Source: Longimicrobiales bacterium | Lineage (GTDB): Bacteria; Gemmatimonadota; Gemmatimonadetes; Longimicrobiales; Gaopeijiaceae | DNA: 64,000 nucleotides | Reading direction: 5' to 3' | Assembly: GCA_965218295.1 (NCBI GenBank) | Contig: CBDCKN010000009.1 | Location: 384,001 to 448,000 of the forward strand | Shown here: positions 43,170 to 54,294 of the stretch, one piece after another | How positions within the stretch are numbered: the first letter of the stretch is position 1 | Layout of the letters: each line of letters starts with the position of its first letter | Position numbers and translations under genes: made by a program | Notes under the pieces: generated by a model | Database searches by the model: none | Seen by the model: only the letters and a program-made list of their open reading frames with translations | What the model was told of the DNA's origin: nothing

Positions 43170-43817
43170 ATGCGATCGAGTCTTGTAGCACTGATGACGC
43201 TCCTGCTTGCCGTGCCTCTAGCAGCGCAGGAGCCGATGGACGCCGACCGGGAGATCGAGGGCGGGGGTGAGCTGGCCGAGGGTTGGATGGGCCGGACCGA
43301 CAGAGGCCAGAATTTCGACAACGTTCGGTTCAGCGACGAGGGCGGCACGCTCGACATCAGTGTCGGACCTGCCATCGTGCTCTATCGGCCCGAGAACATG
43401 GCGCATGGAAGCTACACGGCGTCGGGCACCTTCGAGCAGCTCAGCTCCAAGGGCCACGGTCACGGCATCGGGTTGATCGTCGGTGGTGACGATCTGCAGG
43501 GCCCGAACCAGGTGTACACGTACTTCCTAGTTCGCGGTGACGGCTACTACATCATCAAGACCAGGACCGGAAGCGAGACCTTCGAGCTGGCTCCGTGGAC
43601 GCCGCACGGATCGATCCATCAGAGTGACGATGCGGGCCACGCCACCAACGACATGTCCGTCGAGGTGGGGGCCGAGGACGTCATCTTCAAGATGAACGGC
43701 CAGGAGGTCCATCGTGAGAAGACGGCCGACATCTACACCGACGGAGTGTGGGGCGTCCGCTTGAACCACAACTTGGACATGCGGATCAAGAACCTCGCAC
43801 TCCACGGGGGGATGTAG
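43170..43817 (+). CDS. secreted beta-rich hypothetical protein
   Basis: GGAGG RBS, signal peptide, YTYFLVRGDG.Y.IK.R, G..G.R.NHNL. Confidence 0.75.
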   Translation: MRSSLVALMTLLLAVPLAAQEPMDADREIEGGGELAEGWMGRTDRGQNFDNVRFSDEGGTLDISVGPAIVLYRPENMAHGSYTASGTFEQLSSKGHGHGIGLIVGGDDLQGPNQVYTYFLVRGDGYYIIKTRTGSETFELAPWTPHGSIHQSDDAGHATNDMSVEVGAEDVIFKMNGQEVHREKTADIYTDGVWGVRLNHNLDMRIKNLALHGGM

Positions 43818-43848
43818 GCTCGCGCTTATCGTAGGAAGCTGTTTCAGG

Positions 43849-43878
43849 AAGGCCGGGCCGATGTCGGCCCGGCCTTCT
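43849..43878. terminator. GC-rich hairpin
   Basis: aaggccgggccga-tg-tcggcccggcctt downstream of 43817. Confidence 0.65.
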
Positions 43879-43884
43879 GCATTA

Positions 43885-44115
43885 CCTGGGAACACCGTTA
43901 CCATCAAGGCCTACCACGTGCCGCGATTCACACTGCTGATCTCGCCCGACGCATTCGCTCTCGGCCGGCCTATCCGCGTCGTGACCAATGGTGAAGTATC
44001 TTTCGAGGGGCGTGTAGAGCCCAGCGTCGCGACCCTCCGGAAGTGGGCGGCGCGAGACCATGACCGAACGATGCTCTTCGCGGCCGAGATCACGGTCGTG
44101 CTGGAGTCGCAATAA
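43885..44115 (+). pseudogene. C-terminal remnant of an esterase/peptidase-like protein
   Basis: GNTVTI...FTLL.SPD.F....PIRVVTNG...[25 protein letters not shown], with no N-terminal body. Confidence 0.5.
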
Positions 44116-44126
44116 GAGGCAGCGGA

Positions 44127-45116
44127 ATGAGCTTTCCGAGGCGCCGCCTGCGCCGGCTTCGCCAGAATGAGACCTGGCGGCGAGCGGTGAGGGAGACCTC
44201 ACTGTCAGTGGACGATCTCGTCTATCCCCTCTTCGTCGTGGAGGGAGAGGGCGTAAAGAACCCCGTGGCGAGCATGCCCGCGGTCTTTCAGCTCTCCGTC
44301 GATCTCGTCGTGGAGGAAGCGAGGGAGGTACACGAGCTGGGCATTCCCGCGGTCATCCTCTTCGGCGTTCCCGACGACGAGCACAAGGATGCACAGGGCT
44401 CTGCCGGTTTCGATCCCGAGGGGATCGTTCCCCGGGCCATCGGCGCCATCAAGGACGCCGTGCCCGACCTGCTGGTGTGGGCGGACGTCTGTCTCTGCGA
44501 GTATACCGACCACGGCCACTGCGGCGTGCTCACCGAAGCGGGGGAGGTGGACAACGACTCCTCGCTTCCGCTCCTGACCCGGGCGGCGGTGGCCTACGCC
44601 CAGGCCGGCGCCGACGCGGTGGCCCCCAGCGACATGATGGACGGCCGTGTGGGCGCCATCCGCACCGCCCTCGACGTGGCCGAGCTTCCTGACGTGGTCA
44701 TCGTCTCGTACGCGGCCAAGTACGCGTCAGCGTACTACGGTCCCTTCCGTGATGCGGCCCACTCGGCCCCGTCCTTCGGGGACCGGCGCTCGTATCAGAT
44801 GGATCCGCCCAACGGCGACGAGGCGCTTCGCGAGGTCGAGTTGGACATCGACGAGGGTGCCGACATCGTCATAGTGAAGCCCGCCGGGCCCTACATGGAC
44901 GTGATCTTCCGGGTAAAAGAGGCGTTCGGCGTGCCCACGGCCGCATATCAGGTGTCGGGTGAGTATTCCATCATCAAGGCCGCGGCCGACAAGGGATGGG
45001 TGGACGAGGATCGCATCGTCATAGAGAGTCTCGTGGGGCTCAAGCGGGCCGGCGCCGACCTCATCCTCACCTACTTCGCCAAGGACGCCGCCCGGGCCTT
45101 GAAGGGAGGGGAGTGA
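44127..45116 (+). CDS. hemB: porphobilinogen synthase
   Basis: [45 protein letters not shown]. Confidence 0.97.
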   Translation: MSFPRRRLRRLRQNETWRRAVRETSLSVDDLVYPLFVVEGEGVKNPVASMPAVFQLSVDLVVEEAREVHELGIPAVILFGVPDDEHKDAQGSAGFDPEGIVPRAIGAIKDAVPDLLVWADVCLCEYTDHGHCGVLTEAGEVDNDSSLPLLTRAAVAYAQAGADAVAPSDMMDGRVGAIRTALDVAELPDVVIVSYAAKYASAYYGPFRDAAHSAPSFGDRRSYQMDPPNGDEALREVELDIDEGADIVIVKPAGPYMDVIFRVKEAFGVPTAAYQVSGEYSIIKAAADKGWVDEDRIVIESLVGLKRAGADLILTYFAKDAARALKGGE

Positions 45117-45117
45117 C

Positions 45118-46215
45118 GTGAGCGATGCCTCAGTGGCCGTAACCCCCGAGACCGAGGCAGGCTCGACGGCGACATCCCCCTTCCTGGCCGCCTGCCGTCG
45201 TGAACCAGTGGAGCACACGCCGGTCTGGATCATGAGGCAGGTGGGACGCTACCTACCGGAGTACCGGAAGATCCGGGCCGACGTGGACTTCCTGACCCTC
45301 ACCAAGACTCCGGATCTGGCGGTCGAGGTGACGCTCCAGCCCATCCGGCGCTTCGGTATGGATGCGGCCATCCTCTTCAGCGACATCATGACCCCAGTGG
45401 AAGGGATGGGGGTCTCGCTGGACTTCGCTCCGGGGCCCGTCCTCGAGCACCCGGTTCGGAGCCTGGCACAGGTGGAGGCGCTCCGGATCCCGGATCCGGA
45501 TGAGAGCGTGCCCTTCGTTCTCGAGACGGTGCGCATCTTGAGTCGGGAGCTTCCCGACTCGGCGCCCCTCATCGGGTTCGCCGGGGCTCCCTTCACGCTC
45601 TTCTGCTACCTGGTCCAGGGACGGGGGTCCAAGACCTTCGCCGAGGCCAAGGGCTTCCTGTTCGCCGAGCCCGAGGCGTCCCGGAAGCTTCTCGAGAAGC
45701 TGGCCGACACCATGATCGGGTACATGGGGGCACAGGTCCGTGCGGGAGCCAAGGCCCTCATGCTCTTCGATTCCTGGGCGGGCCTGCTAGCGCCCGAGGC
45801 GTACAAGGCTTTCGCTTTCCCGGCGGTTCAGCGTGTGATGCAGGCCCTTCGGCCCCTCGACGTGCCGCTCGTCTACTTCCCGAACCAGGGCGCCACGCTG
45901 TTGGAGACTGCCCGCGACTCTGGAGCCGACGTGCTGGGCGTCGACTGGCGGCTACCCCTCTCCCGGGCCCGGGAGATCCTGGGTCCCGACCTGGCCGTGC
46001 AGGGGAATCTGGATCCGGCGGCTCTGTTCGCCTCCCGGGACGAGCTCGGCCGCCAGATCGACCGGGTTCTCGCGGAAGCGGGCTCCGCGCCCGGCCACGT
46101 GTTCAATCTGGGTCACGGGATCGAGCGGACGACGGATCCCGACGCGGTGGCCTTCCTGGTGGACCGGGTCCACGAGGTGTCGAGCCGGGCGCTCAGCGCA
46201 GCAAGGCCCGGATGA
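45118..46215 (+). CDS. hemE: uroporphyrinogen decarboxylase
   Basis: PVWIMRQ.GRYLPEY, DAAILFSDI, GFAGAPFT, QGNLDP, FNLGHG. Confidence 0.97.
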   Translation: MSDASVAVTPETEAGSTATSPFLAACRREPVEHTPVWIMRQVGRYLPEYRKIRADVDFLTLTKTPDLAVEVTLQPIRRFGMDAAILFSDIMTPVEGMGVSLDFAPGPVLEHPVRSLAQVEALRIPDPDESVPFVLETVRILSRELPDSAPLIGFAGAPFTLFCYLVQGRGSKTFAEAKGFLFAEPEASRKLLEKLADTMIGYMGAQVRAGAKALMLFDSWAGLLAPEAYKAFAFPAVQRVMQALRPLDVPLVYFPNQGATLLETARDSGADVLGVDWRLPLSRAREILGPDLAVQGNLDPAALFASRDELGRQIDRVLAEAGSAPGHVFNLGHGIERTTDPDAVAFLVDRVHEVSSRALSAARPG

Positions 46216-46283
46216 CCTCGAGCGACACGCCTGGGTCATTGAGACGCTTGTGGCCCAGCACGACTTAGGCGCATCTTGCGGCC

Positions 46284-48967
46284 ATGTCTGATGCTATCAC
46301 CCGCCTGAACGCTGCCTTAGAAGGCCGCTATGCCATCGAGCGTGAGTTGGGTGAGGGCGGGATGGCCACCGTGTACCTGGCCGAGGACATCAAGCACAAC
46401 CGCAAGGTGGCCCTCAAGGTCTTGAAGCCTGAGTTGGCTGCGGTTGTCGGTGCCGAACGGTTCCTGACCGAGATCAAGGTCACCGCCAACCTGAATCATC
46501 CGCATATCCTGCCTCTCCACGATTCCGGGGAAGCCGACGGCTTCCTGTTCTATGTCATGCCCTATCTGGAAGGGGAGAGCCTTCGGGACCGGATAGACCG
46601 CGAGAAGCAGCTTCCGGTGGATGAGGCCGTGCGGATCGCCACGGCTGTGGCCAACGCCTTGGATCATGCGCATCGTCACAAGGTCATCCACCGGGACATC
46701 AAACCCGCGAACATCCTGCTCCAGGACGGCGAGCCGGTGGTGGCGGACTTCGGGATCGCACTGGCTGTCGGAGCAGCAGGGGGCACCCGACTCACCGAGA
46801 CGGGACTCAGCCTGGGCACACCCTTCTACATGAGCCCGGAGCAGGCGACGGGTGATCAGCCGGTGGGCGCTTCCACCGACACCTACGCCCTGGGGTCCGT
46901 GCTGTACGAGATGCTGGTGGGCGAGCCTCCCTATCCAGGAACGACCGCCCAGGCAGTGCTGGGCAAGATCATCGCGGGTAAGCCCGTCTCGGCCACAGAG
47001 CAACGTCCGGCGATTCCGGCGAACGTGGACGCGGCGCTGCGGAAGGCCCTGGAGAAGATACCGGCGGATCGGTTCACCTCGGCGCAGGACTTCGTGAGGG
47101 CGCTGGGTGATGAGCACTTCCGGTATGGGGAGGCAGTTGCGAGAGTCGATGGTGCGGTCGCGAGTCCGTGGAATCGAGTGGCGATCCTGGGTTGGAGCGC
47201 TGCTGCTGTATTTGCCGTCACCCTCGGTTGGCCGCTCCTCCGTTCCGAGCCTCCCGAGCCTCCTGGGCCGATCACCCGGGTTTCCGTGCTGATGGGAGAA
47301 GATCAGTCCTTTCATTCCAATTTCGGAGTACTCGACCTTTCGACCGATGGATCGCTCATGGTCTACAGAGGTCGAGGTGATGAAGGGCAACCTCAGGTGT
47401 GGGTGAGGCGGTGGGATGCCTTGGAGGCCACTCCGATCCGAAACACGGACGGGGCTTTCAGCCCGACGATTTCTCCTGACGGTCGCGAGGTGGTTTTTGG
47501 AGTGGCTGGCTCGATTCGGGTCGTCCCCCTCCAGGGGGGTATCGCGGACCCTCACCGAGTCAGCCTGGTGCTGCCCAAGCTGGAGTCCGGAGGGTGATTG
47601 GGTCTATTACGTCAACGTGTCGCGAGGACTGAGCCGCGTGCCAGCGAGCGGTGGACCGCCCGAGGTTGTCACCCAGGTGGATAACACAGCCGGAGACGTT
47701 ATCAATTTGTGGGTGGATGTGCTGCCGGGTGGCAGGGGCGTCTTGTACATGGCGGCGGGGGCTGGGAATACCAACCAAAGAATCCAAGCCCTGGACCTGG
47801 AAACCGGCGAGATCAAGGATCTGACACCGGGCCAGACCCCACGGTACAGCCGCGCCACCGGCGATCTGCTCTTCATGGACGCGAACGAGGGCACCCTTTT
47901 GGCCGCCCCCTTCGACGCGAAGAAGCTGGAACTTACGGGCGCGGCGGTGCCAGTGGCGGAAGAAGTGCTGCAACACGCCCAGGCATGGCCGTTCTTCGAC
48001 ATATCCGCATCGGGCAGGCTTGTTTACCGGACAGGTAGGGGAGGGGATCTCGTCACCCCGGTATGGGTGGAGCGTGACGGAACCGTCCGAGAGGTCGATC
48101 CTGGATGGGAGTTTCCCGGCAACTTTGACCTTTCCAGTGTTGCGCTTTCCCCCGACGGCACCCGGCTCGTCACGTCGATCACGGACTCAGACGGGACCAC
48201 AGACCTGTGGGTCAAGCAGCTGGACACCGGCCCTTTGTTCCGCCTCACGTTCGAGGGAACGGAGAACCTCAGGGCTCTGTGGTCGCGGGACGGACAATTC
48301 GTCACGTTCGTGTCGAATCGTGCGGGACAACGGGATCTGTGGAGAAAGAAAGCGGACGGGAGTGGCCCGGCTGAGCTCGTGCTGGACAGGGAGCGGCCTC
48401 TCCAGGAATTCGTCTATTCGCCCGACGGCACCTGGCTGGTCTTTGTGGAATCAGACGGCGGGACCGCCAACTCCGACATCTACGGCATACGCCCCGGGGT
48501 GGACAGCGTAGCGACTCCGTTGGTCACGGAGGGGTCAAGCGCCGATGAGATGTCACTTTCCCCCGACGGTCGCTGGCTCGCCCATACCTGGGTACAGGAC
48601 GGCGATGTTCAGGTGTACGTGCGTCCCTTCCCCGACGTTGATGCGGGCAGGTGGCAGATATCCACGACTAGGGGCGATGAGGACCGTGTGGGCACACAAT
48701 GGTCGAGAGTTGTTCTATCAGGGCACGACGAACGCTGACGAACAAATGGTTGCCGAAATCATCGGAGATCCATCGTTCGCGGTGGGGGAGCAGCGAGTCC
48801 TGTTTCCCTTGGCCACCTACCTAATCGGGAACGGTCACGCGGGATACGACATCAGCCCGGATGACCAGCGATTGGTGATGCTGAAGGCCGTGGGGGGAGA
48901 GGACGACAGGCAATTGATCCTTGTCGATAACTGGTTCGAGGAGTTGAAGGAGCGGGTGGGCAACTAA
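46284..48967 (+). CDS. Ser/Thr kinase + TM + TolB/PD40 beta-propeller, frameshifts at about 47535 and 48675
   Basis: GEGGMATVY, HRDIKPAN, DFG, YMSPEQ; repeated SPDG motifs; NWFEELKERV C-terminus. Confidence 0.88.
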
Positions 48968-48988
48968 CGGTCTCCCATCAGTCCCATC

Positions 48989-49038
48989 TCTCGGGGCGGT
49001 GAACTGAGGGAGCGGAAGCATGAACAAGCCGTTCTTGC
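48989..49038 (+). repeat. ~50-bp direct repeat of the integrase 3' end (partner at 53887-53938)
   Basis: tctcgg-ggcggtgaactgagggagcggaa-gcatgaacaagccgttcttgc vs tctcggcggcggtgaagtgagggagcggaaggcatgaacaagccattcttgc. Confidence 0.9.
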
Positions 49039-49076
49039 TTGCGGTCCACATCTTGGTCGCGCACCTATAAAGCGGA

Positions 49077-49366
49077 CCCGGTCAATAGGACGCACGCCAC
49101 CTAGGGCCTGCGCGAGCAGGCCATCGTAGGTGTTCTTCAGATCCTTCAGCATCCCCAAGTCTCCTGCGGCGTGATGTTGAGAAGTGGTTGGATCACGCGA
49201 CCGATCGAAGGCGAGTCTTGTCAGGGACTCGAGCACCTATTCGGGGTTCGGCCTCTGTAGCGTGGCACGTCCCATGATCTCCTGTGCGAGGTGGGGGGCT
49301 CAGTCAGCAGAAGAAGGTCGTCGAACGACATGCGCGACCAGGAGCTCACCCCGTGGATCCTGAACC
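49077..49366 (-). ncRNA. putative bridge/seek RNA
   Basis: A GGGG-UGA-GCUC...GAGC-CCCC stem encloses segments matching both target flanks; a separate 8-nt segment matches the element end. Boundaries approximate. Confidence 0.75.
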
Positions 49367-50386
49367 TCAAGCGACATGGCGCCACGCCTCACCTGTGCGA
49401 AGCATCGCGTGCACCGCACGAGCGAGCTTGCGTGCGGTGGCGATGCGAGCGACACGCCAATCGAGCCGATCCTTGAGCCGGTCGTAGTACTGGCTGAGCC
49501 AGCTATCGGGAGATCGGCCATGATGGATGACGACGGTCTGGACGAAGGCATTACGGAGCCAGCGGTTGGCACCGGCCGGGATCGGCCCGTAGCGGACGGT
49601 CATCCCGGAACGAGAGGAACGAGGAGCGAGTCCTGCATAGCTCACGAGGTGCTTCGGGCCTCGGAAGCGCTCGATCGGCAGGGTCTCGGTGGCGATCAAG
49701 AGGGCGCGGTAGGGTCCGATGCCGGGAACCGTGCGAAGGAGTTCGACGGCCGGGATCTCGCGGCCGACCTCGAGGATGCGACGGTCGAGCGACTTGATCA
49801 TGTCCTTGAGTTCGTCTGCGATGCGCTCATGCGTGCAGATGAGTCGTTGCTGCTCGGGCCCCATGCGGGGCCAGGCGATGGTATGGACCCAGCCACGTCC
49901 CTCGGCGGTGAGCAACCGACCGCGGGGCAGGCAGAAGCCCAGAGAGTGGAGCTCGGCATGAATGCGCGACGCCGAGGAGGTCCGCATCCGGACGAGTCGG
50001 GCCTGGTGCCGGACGAGGGTGGCCTGCTCGCGTTGGCTGATGGGTTTGCAGTAGACCTCAGGGATGAGGCGCACGAGTTGCATGCGAGCGAGCAGCGTGG
50101 CGTCGATCGCATCGTTCTTGTAGTTGGCCTCGGCGATCGCACGCAGCTTCTTCGCGTGGGCGAGCACGAAGCGACAATCCGGTCCGTTGAGCAACTCGTA
50201 TAGCCAGGGCCAGGACGGACTCGTCTCGACGACGACCTCGAGCGGCCGATAGGCATTCAGCAGCTCAACGAGCCGGTCGGACTCGGTGTTGCGGATGCGG
50301 AGCGGCTTTTGGACGAACGCTCCGTCATTGCTCACGATCGCGACGACGAGGTACGTTGCGTGAGCATCGATTCCTGCGACATACAT
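49367..50386 (-). CDS. IS110-family DEDD recombinase
   Basis: GIDAH, VVETS, KNDAIDA, VPGIG, SYAGLAP...RSG (catalytic Ser), A.ARKL. Confidence 0.95.
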   Translation of the reverse strand: MYVAGIDAHATYLVVAIVSNDGAFVQKPLRIRNTESDRLVELLNAYRPLEVVVETSPSWPWLYELLNGPDCRFVLAHAKKLRAIAEANYKNDAIDATLLARMQLVRLIPEVYCKPISQREQATLVRHQARLVRMRTSSASRIHAELHSLGFCLPRGRLLTAEGRGWVHTIAWPRMGPEQQRLICTHERIADELKDMIKSLDRRILEVGREIPAVELLRTVPGIGPYRALLIATETLPIERFRGPKHLVSYAGLAPRSSRSGMTVRYGPIPAGANRWLRNAFVQTVVIHHGRSPDSWLSQYYDRLKDRLDWRVARIATARKLARAVHAMLRTGEAWRHVA

Positions 50387-50990
50387 GATGGCCTCCTGGT
50401 GGTTGGCAGCCGCAGGTTACTTGGGGAAGTGCCAGCGTAGTGCGCCGGCCGTTGGGAGGCCATCCGCTTTATAAGGTCAGCAGAATCGTGAGACGGTACT
50501 GACTGGCGCGAGTTCTATACATGTGCGTATTGGCCGCACGGAATACGAGTGGAATAGGAGGCCGGACATGAAGGATGTGGCGTTCGGACTAGTGGGCGGT
50601 GCCGTGGGTGCCTTTGTCTGGGCCGCGGTAGTATATGTGACCGAATACGAAATCGGCTGGATCGCCTTGGGAGTCGGCGGGCTTGTGGGTTTCTGCGTAG
50701 CTCTCGGTAACAAGGATCGCGGCAGATCTCCGACGGCTGCTGGCACTCTCGCCGTTGTAATCACAGCCCTCTCCATTGTGGCGGGCAAGTACGCCGCTGT
50801 CGAAATGCTCATGCCGAGCGACGCCGAGCTGGTCGGGATGTTCACAGAGCGCTTCGACGACGAAGAGTATGTCGTCTCGTTCCTCGCAGACGACGTTGCC
50901 GGCGAGTTCCGATCAGCCGGCCGTGAGATGGTCTGGCCGCAGGGGGTCGATCCGGCCAACGCGTCAAGTCAGTCGGACTATCCCCCCGCG

Positions 50991-52221
50991 TGTACAGAGA
51001 TGGTAATGACCTGACAGTTGGCCCTCGCCGGAGCTGTGTCTAGGCTGCCTTCGTCTTAGCCTCCTCCTTCCTGGCCTTTGCGGCCTTCCTGGCGTCGGTG
51101 AGACCGGCCTTGAAGACCTGATAGGGCGTGCGGCCCTCCATGGCTCGACCGCGGTGCGGCCGCTTCCGGTTGTAGGTCTCCAGATACGCCTCGAGGTCCT
51201 GCTGCATCTCCTCGACGGTCTCGTACCAGGTGGTGCGGCCCTTCACCCTCAAGTGCTCGTCGAGGAGCGTGCGGTGGAAGCGCTCGATGAAGCCGTTGGA
51301 CTGGGGCCTGCCCACCTTCGTCGTGCGGTGCTCGATGTCCTCGAGCTGAAGGAACAGCTCATATGGGTGACGGTCCGGACGGCCGCAGAACTCGCGGCCG
51401 TTGTCGCTGAGCACGGTCTTCACCCGGACCCGGTGCTCATCGAAGAACGGCAACACGTCGTTATTCATCACCTGCACCGCCGTGAGCGGGAGCTTGCTCG
51501 TGTAGAGCCGGCCCCAGGCGTAGCGGCTGAAGCAATCGAGCACGGTCTGCAGGTACACCTTGCCGACCCCCTTCAGCGTTCCGACGAAGAACGTGTCCAC
51601 GGCGACGAGGTCGCCCGGGTAATGGACTTCGATGTGGCGCTCCCGGAACTCGGGACTGAAGCGCTCCAGCAGCTCGATCTGCTCGTCGGTCAGCTTCAGC
51701 TTCCGTTCCCTGGCCGTCTCTTCGAGCCTGAGCAGCCGTTCGTGCTTCGTGGTGAGGCCATGCCGGCTCCACACGCCCCGTACGCCTCCTGAGCTCACCT
51801 GGATCCCTCCGAGCAGCAACTCGTCCGCGACCCGCTGAGCTCCGTGCGTCGGAGCCTCCAAGGCGTGGGCCAAGACCGCCTGCTCAATCTCTTCACTCAC
51901 CCGGTTCGGGTGCGGTCCCTTCGGCCCCGGAAGCTGGTCGATCAGCCCCTCGGCCCCGTAAAGCTGGAAGTTCCTCCTGATCTCGTAGAACTGCTGCCGG
52001 CTGTAGCCCACGATCTTGCACGCCTTGCTCACGTTGCCGAGCTCCTGGGCCAACTGTAGCAGGCTCAGCTTGCGGCGCGCTATCTTCTCCCCCTGGACGG
52101 TGGTCATCTTCTCTCCCGTGCTAAGTGAGTGACTTCGACATCTCTCAATTAGCTCCGGCGAGGGCGGCTGGCCACCGTCCTCTCTCGTGGTCAACTGTCA
52201 GGTGAATACCGTCTCAGCACA
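50991..52221 (-). mobile_element. IS481-family element
   Basis: TGT...ACA ends, 30-bp imperfect IRs, 7-bp TSD CCCCGCG. Confidence 0.93.
51040..52107 (-). CDS. IS481-family DDE transposase
   Basis: ELGNVSKAC..GYSR..FY HTH, AVDTF, SDNGREF, NGFIERF. Confidence 0.95.
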   Translation of the reverse strand: MTTVQGEKIARRKLSLLQLAQELGNVSKACKIVGYSRQQFYEIRRNFQLYGAEGLIDQLPGPKGPHPNRVSEEIEQAVLAHALEAPTHGAQRVADELLLGGIQVSSGGVRGVWSRHGLTTKHERLLRLEETARERKLKLTDEQIELLERFSPEFRERHIEVHYPGDLVAVDTFFVGTLKGVGKVYLQTVLDCFSRYAWGRLYTSKLPLTAVQVMNNDVLPFFDEHRVRVKTVLSDNGREFCGRPDRHPYELFLQLEDIEHRTTKVGRPQSNGFIERFHRTLLDEHLRVKGRTTWYETVEEMQQDLEAYLETYNRKRPHRGRAMEGRTPYQVFKAGLTDARKAAKARKEEAKTKAA

Positions 52222-53118
52222 CCCCGCGGTATGGGCCGAGGCGGGTCGACGCTGGACCGAATGGAGCGATGACGAGCGCGCTACGTTCCGCCGGGAAAGG
52301 GAGGCGGAAACACGAGCGAACGTCGAAGCGAGCCTGCCAGAGCTCCGGGCAGCGATCTCCCAGGGGGGGTTTCTCGGAAGCTTCGCCCCAATGGACTTCA
52401 TCTTCTTTGGGCTCGCAATGGTGACCGCCTTCGGACTGGGCTCGGGCAGGAAGACAGCGGAGGAGGTGACGGCGGAGTTCGAACAGGCCATCAGGCTTGC
52501 CATGATGAGAATGATGCTGGCGGATGGCAGCGTTGGTGACGATGAGGTGTCGACGATCGCCGCGGTGTATCAGCAATTGACGGGTGTTGAACTTGCGGAA
52601 GACGCGATTCGAGCTGAGGCGGCGGTCGCACAGTCAGACGGGGCGGACCTCCTAGCCTCCCTCACTGCATTGTCGCCTCATCTCAACGATGAAGGGAAGG
52701 AGATTGTCGTCAAGGCGGCGCTCATGGTGGCGCTTGCGGACGGTGCTGTGGCCGAAGAGGAGAAGATCCTCGTCGGGGAGATCTCCGCGGCCGTCGGGAT
52801 GTCCGAAACCCATCTGCAGGGCACGATCGCGCAGTTCACCAGCCCCACCTAGTCGCGACGGGACCTCCGATGGACTTCGTCGTTGCCGCCGCCAGCGCCC
52901 AAGGACGGTCGGAGAGCGACAATCGGTCGGTGGGGATGGGCGCACCGATCTATTGGGTGGTAGTGGGCCGGAAACTAGGTGGCGAAACCGCCTAGCTGAC
53001 AATTCCTCCTCCCGCCAATCAGGCTCATTCAGCCATCGCCCAACCTCAGCATCACCCATAGCTTGAGCGCACGGGCGTAGCTTTGGGTTTGGCTTCACGG
53101 TCCACGAGCAAAGATCAA

Positions 53119-53330
53119 CTAGGGAGTGAAGGCGATCAGGAGGACCCAAAACAGCAGTTGGATAAAGAACGCCCACACTCCCATCGTCCGTCCCATCTCA
53201 AGGCGATACTCCCTCATCTCCAGCTTGTCGATCCTGTCTCTGTAGATAAGTTCCAACCTGTCTATTTCTTCCATCCCCCACCGTATGTCGATGGTGGCCT
53301 GGAGATCGTCCTCCCAGTATCGCTCCGGTG
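53119..53330 (-). pseudogene. possible C-terminal fragment of a membrane protein abutting the integrase remnant
   Basis: Charged helix plus a C-terminal TM segment; the 5' part overlaps integrase-like sequence. Confidence 0.3.
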
Positions 53331-53332
53331 TC

Positions 53333-53923
53333 ACGACCAGGGCGGTCTCGGATCGGCTCGCGATGGAGATGCGGGTGAACAGCAAGAGGGAAGGCCAGCG
53401 CAGCTACCTTTCTGAGATCCTCGACATCATCAATGGCACAGGCCGCCGGATCTCAGCGGTGTGTTCCCTCACATTTGATGATCTAAAGCTGCATGAGGGC
53501 CCCTACGGCTTGATTTGCTGGCCTGCCGACACGGACAAGATGGGCCACGAATCCACGGTGCCTATTTCGCCACCCGTAAGGGCCGCTCTCGACAGAATCC
53601 TCGCAGAGCGGCCAGGCATCGGGGCAGCGCCCTTGTTTCCCTCGCCAGGCGATCCCACAAAGCCCATGACGCGCCACCTTGCAGACAAGTGGCTGCGGAA
53701 GGCGGAGAGGCTTGCGGGGCTGGAGCCGCTCAAGGGGAGCCTGTGGCATGCGTACCGGCGGAAGTGGGGCTCGGAGCGCAAGCACATGCCCGATGTTGAC
53801 GTAGCTGCGGCGGGCGGCTGGAAGGACACCGTAAGCCTCAAACGCGCCTACCAGCAGGCCGATGCCGATACTATCTTATCTGTCGTTCTCGGCGGCGGTG
53901 AAGTGAGGGAGCGGAAGGCATGA
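53333..53923 (+). pseudogene. tyrosine recombinase/integrase, catalytic domain only (5'-truncated)
   Basis: TGRRISAV (catalytic R), DK, WHAYRR (H-x-x-R), GGW, AY. Confidence 0.85.
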
Positions 53924-53974
53924 ACAAGCCATTCTTGCACACAACATTGCACACCGCAGCCAAAAGTTGTTGCA

Positions 53975-54048
<74 letters not shown>

Positions 54049-54057
54049 TTGATGTAA

Positions 54058-54097
54058 GACGAAGCCCTGACACCAGTTGTGGTGCCGGGGCTTCGTC
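54058..54097 (+). terminator. hairpin downstream of the tRNA
   Basis: gacgaagccctgacacca-gttg-tggtgccggggcttcgtc. Confidence 0.65.
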
Positions 54098-54175
54098 GCG
54101 TCTTCTGGCGGTGTGTCCCGATTGTGTCCCACTCAACCACCGTTGACGGCTACGAGGACTCCCACTGGGTCGGCC

Positions 54176-54294
54176 TTCCCTCTCTGCCAACTTAGGTGAG
54201 ACACGGAACGAGTAAAGAATTAGAGTAGGGCGAAGGCAGAGAAACCGAGGATGCTGAGACACCGAGAGAGAATGAAAGAGAATGGAATAGCCCC
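54176..54294 (+). mobile_element. truncated left end of the neighbouring IS3-like element, in inverted orientation
   Basis: Near-identical reverse complement of 56277-56395, including the orfA start MLRHRERMKENGIAP. Confidence 0.9.

Larger units (their letters stand above)
49061..50482 (-). mobile_element. complete IS110-family element of IS1111 type
   Basis: 11-bp subterminal IRs TATAAAGCGGA (49066-76 and 50463-73), GCA core at both junctions, ~290-nt 3' non-coding region. Confidence 0.9.
50568..52852 (+). pseudogene. membrane protein with C-terminal TerB-like domain, interrupted by IS481
   Basis: Removing the IS and one TSD copy restores DYPPA|VWAEA in frame (~348 aa); two ADG.V...E TerB motifs. 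Confidence 0.85.
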
